Shown here piece by piece: positions 17,818-26,606 of a stretch of 64,000 nt of DNA. Within the stretch, counting starts at the first letter, position 1, and each line of letters opens with the position of its first letter. The stretch spans positions 1,692-65,691 of the forward strand of contig JAPLLS010000035.1 of NCBI GenBank assembly GCA_026387435.1, given 5' to 3'. A program made the translations under genes and the position numbers. Source of the stretch: Candidatus Omnitrophota bacterium. Its GTDB lineage: Bacteria > Omnitrophota > Gorgyraeia > Gygaellales > Profunditerraquicolaceae. The notes under the pieces are model-generated. The model searched no databases. It saw nothing but the letters and a program-made list of their open reading frames with translations, and was not told the DNA's origin.

Positions 17818-18708
17818 CTATTTCACCTTTTCTTGGTAATACGTAACGCTGGTTTTTTTGGCTAATTTGCCATTGAGCTCCTGCATTTTCTGCCGTTGTT
17901 TTATAGACACATAGGTACTCTTAACCTCGTCCCAAACATCATTTAAAGAAGGCACCTGGCCTCCGCGGCTGGCATCAAGCCTGATGATGTAATAGCCCCG
18001 CTTGTCTTTAAACACCGAGCTGATCTGCCCGTTTTCCAAAGAAGGCGAGAAGGCAATTTCGTCAAATTTCTTAAAGTCTGCCCCCCGCTGGCCTTTGGCG
18101 ATAAAACCCAGATCCCCGCCCTTAGAAGCGCTTTCCGCCTTGGAGCGCTCCTGAGCTAATGAAGCAAAATCCGTGCCTTTCAGCAATTCAATGAGGACCT
18201 CTTTAGCCTCGGCTTCGGTAGGCACCATAATTTCGCGGATCCTCCGTTCTTCGGCGGGGCGGAACTGGTCCTTATACTGCGCGTAGAAAGCCTCTATTTC
18301 CTTGGCCGGAGGGTTGGAATCTATGGTTTCTTTACTCAAAAATTCCCCGGCAACCAGGCTTACTTCCACATTTAAAAGCTGCTCTCTGATCTTGGGCTCC
18401 TTGTCAATGCCGTTGGCCTTAGCCTCGATATAGAAAAGATACCGGGGGACCAATACTTCTTTTAAGTAAGCGGTCTTTTCTTCCGGAGTCAATTTCTTAG
18501 GCTCAGCGTCCTTATTGAAGCGGGCATTCATCTCCGCGATCTCCTGGTCCAGCTGTTCCAGGGTAATATACATATTTCCTACTTGGGCAATGATCGTTCC
18601 TTCGGGTTTGACGGAGGGGGTAAGCGCGGTTGCGCCTATTTTCAGTTTTTCACAGCCGGTTAACGAAAAGGCGAGCAGGATCAAAAAAAAGAAAAACGAG
18701 TTTTTCAT
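17818..18708 (-). CDS. Lipoprotein parvulin-type peptidyl-prolyl isomerase (PpiC/PrsA/SurA-like)
   Basis: 296 aa. It has a lipobox LTGC and a rotamase domain …RRIREIMVPT…GGDLGFIAKGQ…FDEIAFS…GQISSVFKDKRGYYIIRL. It lies 4 bp upstream of cpaB. Confidence 0.6.
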   Translation of the reverse strand: MKNSFFFFLILLAFSLTGCEKLKIGATALTPSVKPEGTIIAQVGNMYITLEQLDQEIAEMNARFNKDAEPKKLTPEEKTAYLKEVLVPRYLFYIEAKANGIDKEPKIREQLLNVEVSLVAGEFLSKETIDSNPPAKEIEAFYAQYKDQFRPAEERRIREIMVPTEAEAKEVLIELLKGTDFASLAQERSKAESASKGGDLGFIAKGQRGADFKKFDEIAFSPSLENGQISSVFKDKRGYYIIRLDASRGGQVPSLNDVWDEVKSTYVSIKQRQKMQELNGKLAKKTSVTYYQEKVK

Positions 18709-18852
18709 TTCTTCTCCTTAAATTATGTTAAGCTGTGAACAAAAACATTACCTAAGATCCGCTCTAAGCGGCCTGGCAAAGCCATTATGACTTATTATCC
18801 ATATATATCATAATAAATTTTTAAAGTCAAACTTTTTTTATAAGTGAATAAC

Positions 18853-18866
18853 CGGGAATATTCCCG
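18853..18866. promoter_or_regulatory. Perfect 14-bp palindrome CGGGAATATTCCCG in the divergent promoter region
   Basis: Read directly from the sequence. It lies between the parvulin gene start (18708) and the GT2 start (18925). A TGTCCAA motif copy is nearby at 18905-18917, overlapping a GATATAAT -10-like box. Confidence 0.3.
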
Positions 18867-18924
18867 AGATTTATTTATTGGCTTTTAAAGTTTCCATGAT
18901 ATAATTTGTCCAACAATAAAACCT

Positions 18925-19641
18925 ATGCAAAAAACCCCGGAAAAACTCAGCCTGTCAGTAATCTTGCCCATATATAACGAAGAGGCGAATGTTGAACTTA
19001 CCTTAAAAACGATCCTGGCTTATTTGGAAAAGCTGACCGATGATTTCGAGATCATCGCGGTCAATGACGGCAGCACGGACCAAAGCCCAAAAATCCTTGC
19101 GGAATTAGCCCGCAAACATCCCCGGATCAGTTTAATAAACAGCCCTAAAAACACCGGCTATGGCTGGGCCCTCAGAAAGGGGATAATCTCGGCCGCGAAA
19201 GATTGGATTTTGCTTTTCGATGCGGACGGCCAGTTCGACATAGCTGATCTGGAGAGGCTGTGGGAAGCAAAAGCCGGGATTGATTTTATCCTGGGCTGGC
19301 GCAGAAGAAGAAATGACAATCCCTACCGGAGGTTGCTGGGCTCAAGCGGGAATTTCCTGGCTAATCTTATTTTAAGGATCCAGCCCTTTATCAAGGATAT
19401 TAATTGCGGATTTAAGTTATTTAAAGCCGGATTAATAAAACCTCTGGCTTTAATGTCCGCGGGAGCAACAATAAACTTTGAAATCCTGTATAATTTGAAA
19501 AATTACCGCCCTGTATTCATTCAACTTCCGGTCAGCCATTACCCGAGAAAAGCCGGACGCGCTACCGGAGGAGACCTTAAGAACGTAGCGATACTTATAA
19601 AGGAATCTTTTAAAATAATATTTAAAAATGCACCTACTTAA
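18925..19641 (+). CDS. Family-2 glycosyltransferase (polyprenyl-phosphate sugar synthase / DPM1-like)
   Basis: 238 aa; …LSVILPIYNEEAN…IIAVNDGSTDQS… and a DAD motif (…LFDADGQFD…). Confidence 0.7.
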   Translation: MQKTPEKLSLSVILPIYNEEANVELTLKTILAYLEKLTDDFEIIAVNDGSTDQSPKILAELARKHPRISLINSPKNTGYGWALRKGIISAAKDWILLFDADGQFDIADLERLWEAKAGIDFILGWRRRRNDNPYRRLLGSSGNFLANLILRIQPFIKDINCGFKLFKAGLIKPLALMSAGATINFEILYNLKNYRPVFIQLPVSHYPRKAGRATGGDLKNVAILIKESFKIIFKNAPT

Positions 19642-21235
19642 ATTCAGAAAAACCGGCCCGGCCATATTGTTCATCTTGGGAGCATTGATTTTGCTGCTTT
19701 TGCTGAACGCCGCAATGAAAAATACCTTTGAGTTCGACCCTGACGAAGGCACTTACCTTGTTATAGCCAAGCTTTCCCTTCAGGGGTTCAAACTTTACAG
19801 CCAGATCTGGAACGACCAGCCGCCGCTTTTTACCGAACTTCTTTCTTCGTGGTTTAGAATATTCGGCGCCAGCGCGTATTCCGGAAGGTTTTTTAATTTA
19901 ATCTTTTCCCTGTTTCTGCTCTGGGGGCTTTACCGGATTATAAAACTCCGGAGTGGCAGTTCGGCCGCTTTGGCCGCGGGTATTTTTCTGATCTTATCGC
20001 AGGGATTCCTCCGTTTGGGCATTTCGATCATGCCCGGGCTGCCCAGCCTGACCCTGGCCGTGCTTTCCCTTTACAGCGCGACCATTTATTCGGGATCAAA
20101 AAGCAAACCGGCGCTCTTTATCTCGTCGGCTTTTATGGCTTTCGCGCTGGCGACTAAATTTTCCTCAATTATTTTAGCCCCTTCCGTCTTCCTGGAAATC
20201 GGCCGGGCCGAAGAAAAAACCGATAGACCTTTTCCCGCCCGCCCAAAAAATTTTATTTTGCCGTTTTTCTGGCTGATAAGCAGCCTGGTTTTTTACATTT
20301 GCTTTATGTGGCCGTATTTTTATTTGAATTTAAACTTATTTGCCGAACAGCTCTTCAGCCCTCATTTGGCAAAACTAAATATCCCCGGCGCTGATTTTAA
20401 TGTGATCTTTGCGCAGCTTTTACTGGATTATGACCTGGTTTTGCTGGGAGCTGTTGCCGTATTTACAAATCTTCGTTCTGGCGCCAGGCGCAACATCCTT
20501 CTGCCCGCTGTCTGGCTGGGGCTGGCCATTACCTGTTTTGTCATCCACCGGCCGATCTGGTATCATTATTATTTGCTGGTCTCTATCCCGCTTTGCTGGC
20601 TGGCGGCAGTCGCCCTGGGGCAATTCCTTGAAAGGAAAAACGGCAAGAATCCCAAAAGATTCCTTTATTATTTAAGCTTCGCCCTGGTTGTTTTGGCCAT
20701 GGCGCGGATACCGTTTAAATTTATCGATGGCTGCCTTATCTTGAAAGAACCGCCTATAGGAGAGGAAAAAAGAATCCTGGATCTAATATCGAAGTTTAAA
20801 AAAGACGGCCAATGGATGTTCACCGACCTGTCTATTTTCGCCTTCTCGAGCAATATTCTCGTACCACCGGAAACAGCGGTCTTAACCCAAAAAAACCCGC
20901 CCACAACAAAACTCGCGGCATCGGTCTTAAAAAAATACAAACCCGAACTGATATTATTGGGGAGGTTCACGGATTATGACCGGCAAATGATATCCGAGAT
21001 CCAGAAGGATTACCGCAAAGAAAGCGAAATAACGATTTTTCGGCCGGGATCTTTCCCGGTAAGCTCCTGGCTGCCTATCGCAGTATTTTTGACTCCCAGG
21101 ATACAATACCCCGTCAACAAGTGGCTGCGCCGCTTGAACTGGCAGCCTAAGATCCTGATAACGGAGCGGATCGGTTTTTTCTATACTCAAAACCTGACCT
21201 TATTTATCCGCAAAAATAACGCTGATCAATTTTAA
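19628..21235 (+). CDS. GT-C fold glycosyltransferase (PMT/ArnT family-like, GT39/83-type)
   Basis: 535 aa polytopic membrane protein with the first-loop DE motif (…FDPDEGTYLVIAKL…). Confidence 0.55.
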   Translation: MHLLKFRKTGPAILFILGALILLLLLNAAMKNTFEFDPDEGTYLVIAKLSLQGFKLYSQIWNDQPPLFTELLSSWFRIFGASAYSGRFFNLIFSLFLLWGLYRIIKLRSGSSAALAAGIFLILSQGFLRLGISIMPGLPSLTLAVLSLYSATIYSGSKSKPALFISSAFMAFALATKFSSIILAPSVFLEIGRAEEKTDRPFPARPKNFILPFFWLISSLVFYICFMWPYFYLNLNLFAEQLFSPHLAKLNIPGADFNVIFAQLLLDYDLVLLGAVAVFTNLRSGARRNILLPAVWLGLAITCFVIHRPIWYHYYLLVSIPLCWLAAVALGQFLERKNGKNPKRFLYYLSFALVVLAMARIPFKFIDGCLILKEPPIGEEKRILDLISKFKKDGQWMFTDLSIFAFSSNILVPPETAVLTQKNPPTTKLAASVLKKYKPELILLGRFTDYDRQMISEIQKDYRKESEITIFRPGSFPVSSWLPIAVFLTPRIQYPVNKWLRRLNWQPKILITERIGFFYTQNLTLFIRKNNADQF

Positions 21236-22795
21236 ATCGCTTCCCGGCTTAAAATAAAAAAAACTTCTCAGTTCTTTACTGACCTTATCCGCCAAGACCA
21301 AGACTGGCCGGATAACAAATTCTCCGGCGCTGGTCTTTAATTTCAAAGAGGCCTCCTTGTTCTTGAGCACAAATACTGCCTCCTGGCCACCTTCAAGAAA
21401 AATCTGCTTATCAGCACCGTTTTTAAGGCCGCGCGGGGCATATAATGTTAATCCTTCGAAAAATTTAAAACTATACAGAGGCAAATTCTCTACGGCATTT
21501 ACTTCTAATCCGGCATATCTCAGCGGCATTGTACAGCCATGGGCAGCAAGCCCATCGACGTTTTTGCCTCTCCAGGAACTTTTATGCCAGTTATTTAAAT
21601 TAAGCGAATTAACCAGGACCTGCGAGCTGACTAAAACCGCAGGCAGGAAAAATAAAAAGATCAATAGGGGTTTTTTAATTCCTTTAAAAGCTGCCGGCAA
21701 AAGCAGCGCCGGATAAATAAAAAAATACCGGTTGCCGAAAAACCCTATTCCTCCGAAATAATTCAAAGGCCGAAAAACTAACAATACAACTGCCAGAATA
21801 ACCGCCGTAAGCAGAATGCTGTCGCCTTGCGACGTTTGTTCCCGCGGGACACTTTTCCTGCGCCACAGATAAATCAAGATACAGACCGCAGCGGGAAAAC
21901 CGTACCAGAGAATGCCGCTAAACCTCCCGGTAAAAAAATTAACGATGTTGCTTGAAAAAAGCTGTGGAGAGTTAAATCTCATATCCGCTAGTTCAGAAGG
22001 AGCCAGCACCAAGCGGAGCCGTAATTCCTCCAGGCTCTGCGGGATGGCCCCGCCGAACAAAATATATTTAGGATCGCTGTAGGCGAAAAAGGTCTTAAGA
22101 CAATATCTTGTCAGAAGAATAGTAAGGATCAGGCCGAAAGAACAAAAACCAAGCGCCTTTAATAGCTGTTTAATCTTGTTTTTAGCCGCCAAATCCCCGG
22201 CCAGGGGTATCAACATAAGCAGAAATGTTATTTTCTCGCCGGCTATTAAACCGATGATAAAAGCGCAGGCCATTGGCTTATTAACGCTTAACAGAAAAAT
22301 ACACAAACTGCAGGAAAAGAACAAAAAGATATCCGGGGTGACCCAGCTTATATAGGCCGGGACAAAACTGAATAAAAAAAATCCGGCGGCTATTAATAAA
22401 GAAACGCGCCTGCCCAGATAGCGGCGCAAACCAAGATAAGAAAAAACTATGCATAATCCCAAAAGCAGGCCATTTAACCCGGCTAACCCAAGCCGGCCGA
22501 AGATCAAGAAGAAAAAAGCGGCGACCACCGGATAAATTACCGGTTTGGCATAACGCATATTGCCTGCGGCGTCCATCCTTACATATACCCCCACAGGGAC
22601 GGCCTCAAATTTTTCTTTATCCCACCTCTGGGCTTCTTTGTGGTCCAGCACAAGGTCGCCGTCTTTTGCCAGAGAACTGATCATCATATAATAAGAAACG
22701 CTATCGCCATGGATATGCGGACCGGCCCAGGCTGCGAATAAAATTACCAGCAGTAAAACAATGCCAATAATCCTGGTTTCAATTGCCATCTTCAT
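21200..22795 (-). CDS. Polytopic membrane protein, putative GT-C-like glycosyltransferase
   Basis: 531 aa with more than 10 predicted TM helices. The N-terminal loop reads HGDSVSYYMMISSLAKDGD. It is convergent with the preceding GT-C gene. Confidence 0.35.
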   Translation of the reverse strand: MKMAIETRIIGIVLLLVILFAAWAGPHIHGDSVSYYMMISSLAKDGDLVLDHKEAQRWDKEKFEAVPVGVYVRMDAAGNMRYAKPVIYPVVAAFFFLIFGRLGLAGLNGLLLGLCIVFSYLGLRRYLGRRVSLLIAAGFFLFSFVPAYISWVTPDIFLFFSCSLCIFLLSVNKPMACAFIIGLIAGEKITFLLMLIPLAGDLAAKNKIKQLLKALGFCSFGLILTILLTRYCLKTFFAYSDPKYILFGGAIPQSLEELRLRLVLAPSELADMRFNSPQLFSSNIVNFFTGRFSGILWYGFPAAVCILIYLWRRKSVPREQTSQGDSILLTAVILAVVLLVFRPLNYFGGIGFFGNRYFFIYPALLLPAAFKGIKKPLLIFLFFLPAVLVSSQVLVNSLNLNNWHKSSWRGKNVDGLAAHGCTMPLRYAGLEVNAVENLPLYSFKFFEGLTLYAPRGLKNGADKQIFLEGGQEAVFVLKNKEASLKLKTSAGEFVIRPVLVLADKVSKELRSFFYFKPGSDLKLISVIFADK

Positions 22796-25700
22796 TATTT
22801 TTATGGCGGGTTTCTTTTAAGGGATAAGAAATCATGTTGGCAAGGTTCTTCAATGCGCCCGGATGGAATTCCCGGAGTTGGCGGTTCCAGGAAAAAGTGC
22901 TGAAAATCAGGCTTCCCCGGCCGTAATCAGAAACAAGATAGCCGCTTTTTACAGCCTGACATTGAAAATCCGGACAGCTGGTCAATTCTTTAAAACGGCG
23001 ATCGTATTTTTCGGGGAAAAACAGCCCTCTTTCCTGGCGCCAGCCGGAAAAATCTCCTGCGGAAACTTTATTGGGCCAGTTAAAAAGCGGATGTTCAGGA
23101 ACAAGAAAGGTGACCGGGCTGGCAGGGTCGACTATCCCGTCAAAAATCATTTGGAACTGCCCGGAGACAATGCTAACCGTCTCCGGCTTTCTGGGCTGAA
23201 ACAAAACTACCAGGTTACCTCCCTTAGCCGTAAAATCTTCCAATTGTTTGCGGATATTTTCATCGGAAAACAGCTTATCAGCGCCCTTGCCGATCAAAAT
23301 AGTGTCCAGCCCGGATAAATCATTTTCCCGGATGTTTTTTTCATCCAGGTTCTTCAAGTCGCAACCCAGGATCTTAAGGCTGGCAAATAAAATATTGTCA
23401 TCCCGTTCGATCAAACCAATCCTCAATTTAGCTGCTATCTTTATCCCGGGGAACCCGGAATAAGCGGCTTTTGAGTTCTCCCCGGGATTAATCCCGCCTG
23501 CTTTATATTTGTCATCATCGGCTTTCTTAACCAGCCCATATACGATTTTTCCGGGATAGGAAAAAAGATCGGCCATCTCCCCCTGGCTTTTGTGCTCACT
23601 CAAAGATTCCTCGGCCAGTTTACGATAAGTCTTGTTGACCGAAGGTATCAGCTCATCAGGATCGATTGCGATCTCATCCAGCGGCCCCCCTTCTTTTTGA
23701 GCGAATTTTCTTTGATAAACTCTGTCCGCTTGCCAGGCCGGCAACCCGTCCTTGATCATCTCGGGCAGAGTTTTAGGATCGCCGGAAAGGTCAAAGGCCT
23801 CCTGACCGAGAATATTCAGCGCCTGATGAGCGCAATGGTCAACCGAAGCGGTGTACTCAGTGATCACGATATCCGGGCGGATCAGCCGGAAAAAATAAAC
23901 CAGCTGCAATAATGTCTCTTGTTTCCCCCAGTTTTGAAAGGCTTCCTGCGGGTCAAAACAATACCCGAAATCCTTCTTGTTCAAGTAATAGACCCGGTCA
24001 ACTCCTAAAACCTGCGCAGCCCGCTCCATCTCTTCGGTGCGCAAAAAACCCAAATCATCATACAATACCGGGCTGATCTGATTCTCTCCGGCCTCTCCCC
24101 GAGTAGCTAATAGAATGTAAGTTTTGGCATTAAACCTTTTTTTGAAATAGGCCAGGCTTTCGGCTTCTTCGTCGTCCGGATGAGCCGCCAGACAGAGCAC
24201 ACGAAGCTCTCCGGAGGGAAGAACCGGCCTAATCCGGCTAAGCATTTCTTGAAGCCGGGTTAATTTAAGGATCATCCGATCAGCCAGAAGCTCCGGATGG
24301 GATCGATCATGGATATTCCCGAATTTCTGCTCTTCTAAATCCCAGCGCAGGAAGGTTTCCTTAAAAAGCTTGTAAGCGCAGATTGCCGTGTTACGATCGG
24401 GAAAATTCCTCAGCCATTTTATTGGCAGGTCCCTAAAGTCTTTAAGGATTACAGCGGGAGCATCGCTTACCATGTCTATATACAAGGGCGAAAGGAAATC
24501 CGGGTTGGGAGGGGCTAAAATTTTTCTTTGCTTAATTTCCGTGTACTCTTTGATATATCCGTCAACCGAGCCGGCAAGGATATTTATTATCCTCTCCTGC
24601 TCTTCCCGGGAAAGCAGGCTGAAATCAAAAAATGATCTTTCGGTTGCGCAAGACGTTTTTCGTTCATCCTGAGCCTTGGTGCCGGGCGGAAACTTTTCCC
24701 CCTGGGGATTAAAGATTCTTTCAAATTCTCTGCCGGTTAAATATGCGCTCTGCGTGTCAAGATCGAGCTTAACTTCGATCACCCCGCCTCCTTCATGCTG
24801 TCCGGCGATAAAAAAAGGCGTTTTTGCCCTAGCTTGGACTTGCGGGATAATTTTATACTCGCGGACATGTATGCCGCCCAGGTTATATTTAATCGCCACC
24901 TCGGCGTCGCCGTAGGTATCAATGATGATTTTTTGGCATATTTTGTCCTCAAAGGACATGGCTTTTAATAAGTATGCCAGCGGCTTGCCAAAAACCTTCT
25001 CTTTTTCTTTCAATATCCTGGATACCGAATCGTCGATTTCCCGCTCGGTAAGTTTGCCGTCTTTGACGGCTTTCTTAACTGATCGCAGTACGGTAAGGAT
25101 GACTTCCTCGGCTTTTTCCGGATCAGGATAGATTATGACCATATCCGTCCCCGCGGAAAAAGACATGGCCGCGATTTCTCCAATAAAAGGCCCGGCGATC
25201 CCTTGCTGCAAAGCGTATTCTCCCATCGCCTGCATGTTCAGCAATTCATCGGAAATGATCAGCCCCTTAAATCCCAGTTTTTTCCTAAGAAGCTGGCTTT
25301 GGATCTTATAAGACAGCGAAGCGGGTTTATTATCGAGGGCCGGATAGATGGCATGGCTGGTCATGATCATAAAGGGCCGGTTTTTTCTGATCAATTTTTT
25401 ATAGGGGGCTAAATCTTTCTCCTCAAGGCTGGATTTGGAGGAATCGACTTTAGGCAGCCATTTATGGGTGTCGTTGAACGCTGACCCCAGCCCGGGAAAA
25501 TGCTTTACCACCGGTATCACGTCTTGAGAATTATGCGCTTGAACGATCCGGTCGACCAATTGAAAAACCAATTCCGGATTATCGGAGAATATCTTTTCTT
25601 TTTTTACCAGGACTATGCCGGAATCGTTAATATCTCCGGCTACATCGGCGACTACGCCAAGATTAAGATTATAACCGTAGCTTTTCATCCGGGCCGCCAC

Positions 25701-26606
25701 CCCGGACCATTCATCCCCCAGCCGGGCAAGATATCCCTCTTTTGAATCCGGGACATGATAAAAAGATTCGTCTTTTTGAATGAAATAATCGGCCAATTTT
25801 TTCATTTCCTCCAGAACTAATTGGGTGCGGTATTCTTTTATGGCCTCAGCCTTAGCCAGCTTTAAAGAGGAAGCGACGCCCTGACCATTAGAACATAAGT
25901 CAACAGCCGGAACTCTCGAATTGGAAGTTGTATGGATTATATAGTAAAAAACTTCGGGGTTAATGAATTTATCTTTTTGCTCGTTTTTGAGCTCATCCAG
26001 CGCTTTATTCAAAAAATTAGCGCCGGCAACGTGATCTTTGTGTTTGTCTAGGGGGGAAGGCGAGTAAATTATCTTGGGCTGGTATTTTTTGAGAATATCT
26101 TTGATGTCCTGGGTCAGGTTTTCCCGGCTGTATCCGGATTTCGCCCTGCCCCAGGTTTTCTTATAAATCGAAGAGGATTGATTGGTATGCTCTGATCTAT
26201 ACCTGACATGTTCTTCCTGGCCCCACAAGAAAATCAGCCCGTCATCGGGGTAGCCTAAAAAAATCAGGTCTTCTTGAGGCAAGCCCATCTGAATTGCTGC
26301 CCGCAGCGCTTCTTCCTGGCGCTCTTGACCCAAGGCAATATAATCCTGCGCCGCGACCCCGGATTCGGGTTTATTTGCAAAAGCGGCTGCGCCGGACTCC
26401 GAACCATCACCATTGGTCAAAAAAACCACTTTTATTTTCTTGTGCTCTTTCACCCCCTGGATTATTGTTTGGCCGCAGGCCAGGGCTTCATCGTCCGGAT
26501 GAGGAGCAAATACCACCAGATCGACCGGTGGATCTTGGGCTTCCAAAAAAGAAGCGGCAAAAAAAATCGAAAGACAAGAAAATAAAAAGAGTTTTAAAAA
26601 TCTCAC
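22779..26606 (-). CDS. Secreted multidomain enzyme: LmbE/PIG-L deacetylase + GH3 (NagZ-like beta-N-acetylhexosaminidase) + second LmbE/PIG-L domain + C-terminal GATase1-like domain
   Basis: 1275 aa with a signal peptide. LmbE motif 1: VVFAPHPDDEALACG…HKDHVAGANF. GH3: VVKHFPGLGS…GFKGLIISDEL. LmbE motif 2: VLCLAAHPDDEEAESLAYF…DHCAHQALN. Confidence 0.6.
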   Translation of the reverse strand: MRFLKLFLFSCLSIFFAASFLEAQDPPVDLVVFAPHPDDEALACGQTIIQGVKEHKKIKVVFLTNGDGSESGAAAFANKPESGVAAQDYIALGQERQEEALRAAIQMGLPQEDLIFLGYPDDGLIFLWGQEEHVRYRSEHTNQSSSIYKKTWGRAKSGYSRENLTQDIKDILKKYQPKIIYSPSPLDKHKDHVAGANFLNKALDELKNEQKDKFINPEVFYYIIHTTSNSRVPAVDLCSNGQGVASSLKLAKAEAIKEYRTQLVLEEMKKLADYFIQKDESFYHVPDSKEGYLARLGDEWSGVAARMKSYGYNLNLGVVADVAGDINDSGIVLVKKEKIFSDNPELVFQLVDRIVQAHNSQDVIPVVKHFPGLGSAFNDTHKWLPKVDSSKSSLEEKDLAPYKKLIRKNRPFMIMTSHAIYPALDNKPASLSYKIQSQLLRKKLGFKGLIISDELLNMQAMGEYALQQGIAGPFIGEIAAMSFSAGTDMVIIYPDPEKAEEVILTVLRSVKKAVKDGKLTEREIDDSVSRILKEKEKVFGKPLAYLLKAMSFEDKICQKIIIDTYGDAEVAIKYNLGGIHVREYKIIPQVQARAKTPFFIAGQHEGGGVIEVKLDLDTQSAYLTGREFERIFNPQGEKFPPGTKAQDERKTSCATERSFFDFSLLSREEQERIINILAGSVDGYIKEYTEIKQRKILAPPNPDFLSPLYIDMVSDAPAVILKDFRDLPIKWLRNFPDRNTAICAYKLFKETFLRWDLEEQKFGNIHDRSHPELLADRMILKLTRLQEMLSRIRPVLPSGELRVLCLAAHPDDEEAESLAYFKKRFNAKTYILLATRGEAGENQISPVLYDDLGFLRTEEMERAAQVLGVDRVYYLNKKDFGYCFDPQEAFQNWGKQETLLQLVYFFRLIRPDIVITEYTASVDHCAHQALNILGQEAFDLSGDPKTLPEMIKDGLPAWQADRVYQRKFAQKEGGPLDEIAIDPDELIPSVNKTYRKLAEESLSEHKSQGEMADLFSYPGKIVYGLVKKADDDKYKAGGINPGENSKAAYSGFPGIKIAAKLRIGLIERDDNILFASLKILGCDLKNLDEKNIRENDLSGLDTILIGKGADKLFSDENIRKQLEDFTAKGGNLVVLFQPRKPETVSIVSGQFQMIFDGIVDPASPVTFLVPEHPLFNWPNKVSAGDFSGWRQERGLFFPEKYDRRFKELTSCPDFQCQAVKSGYLVSDYGRGSLIFSTFSWNRQLREFHPGALKNLANMISYPLKETRHKNNEDGN

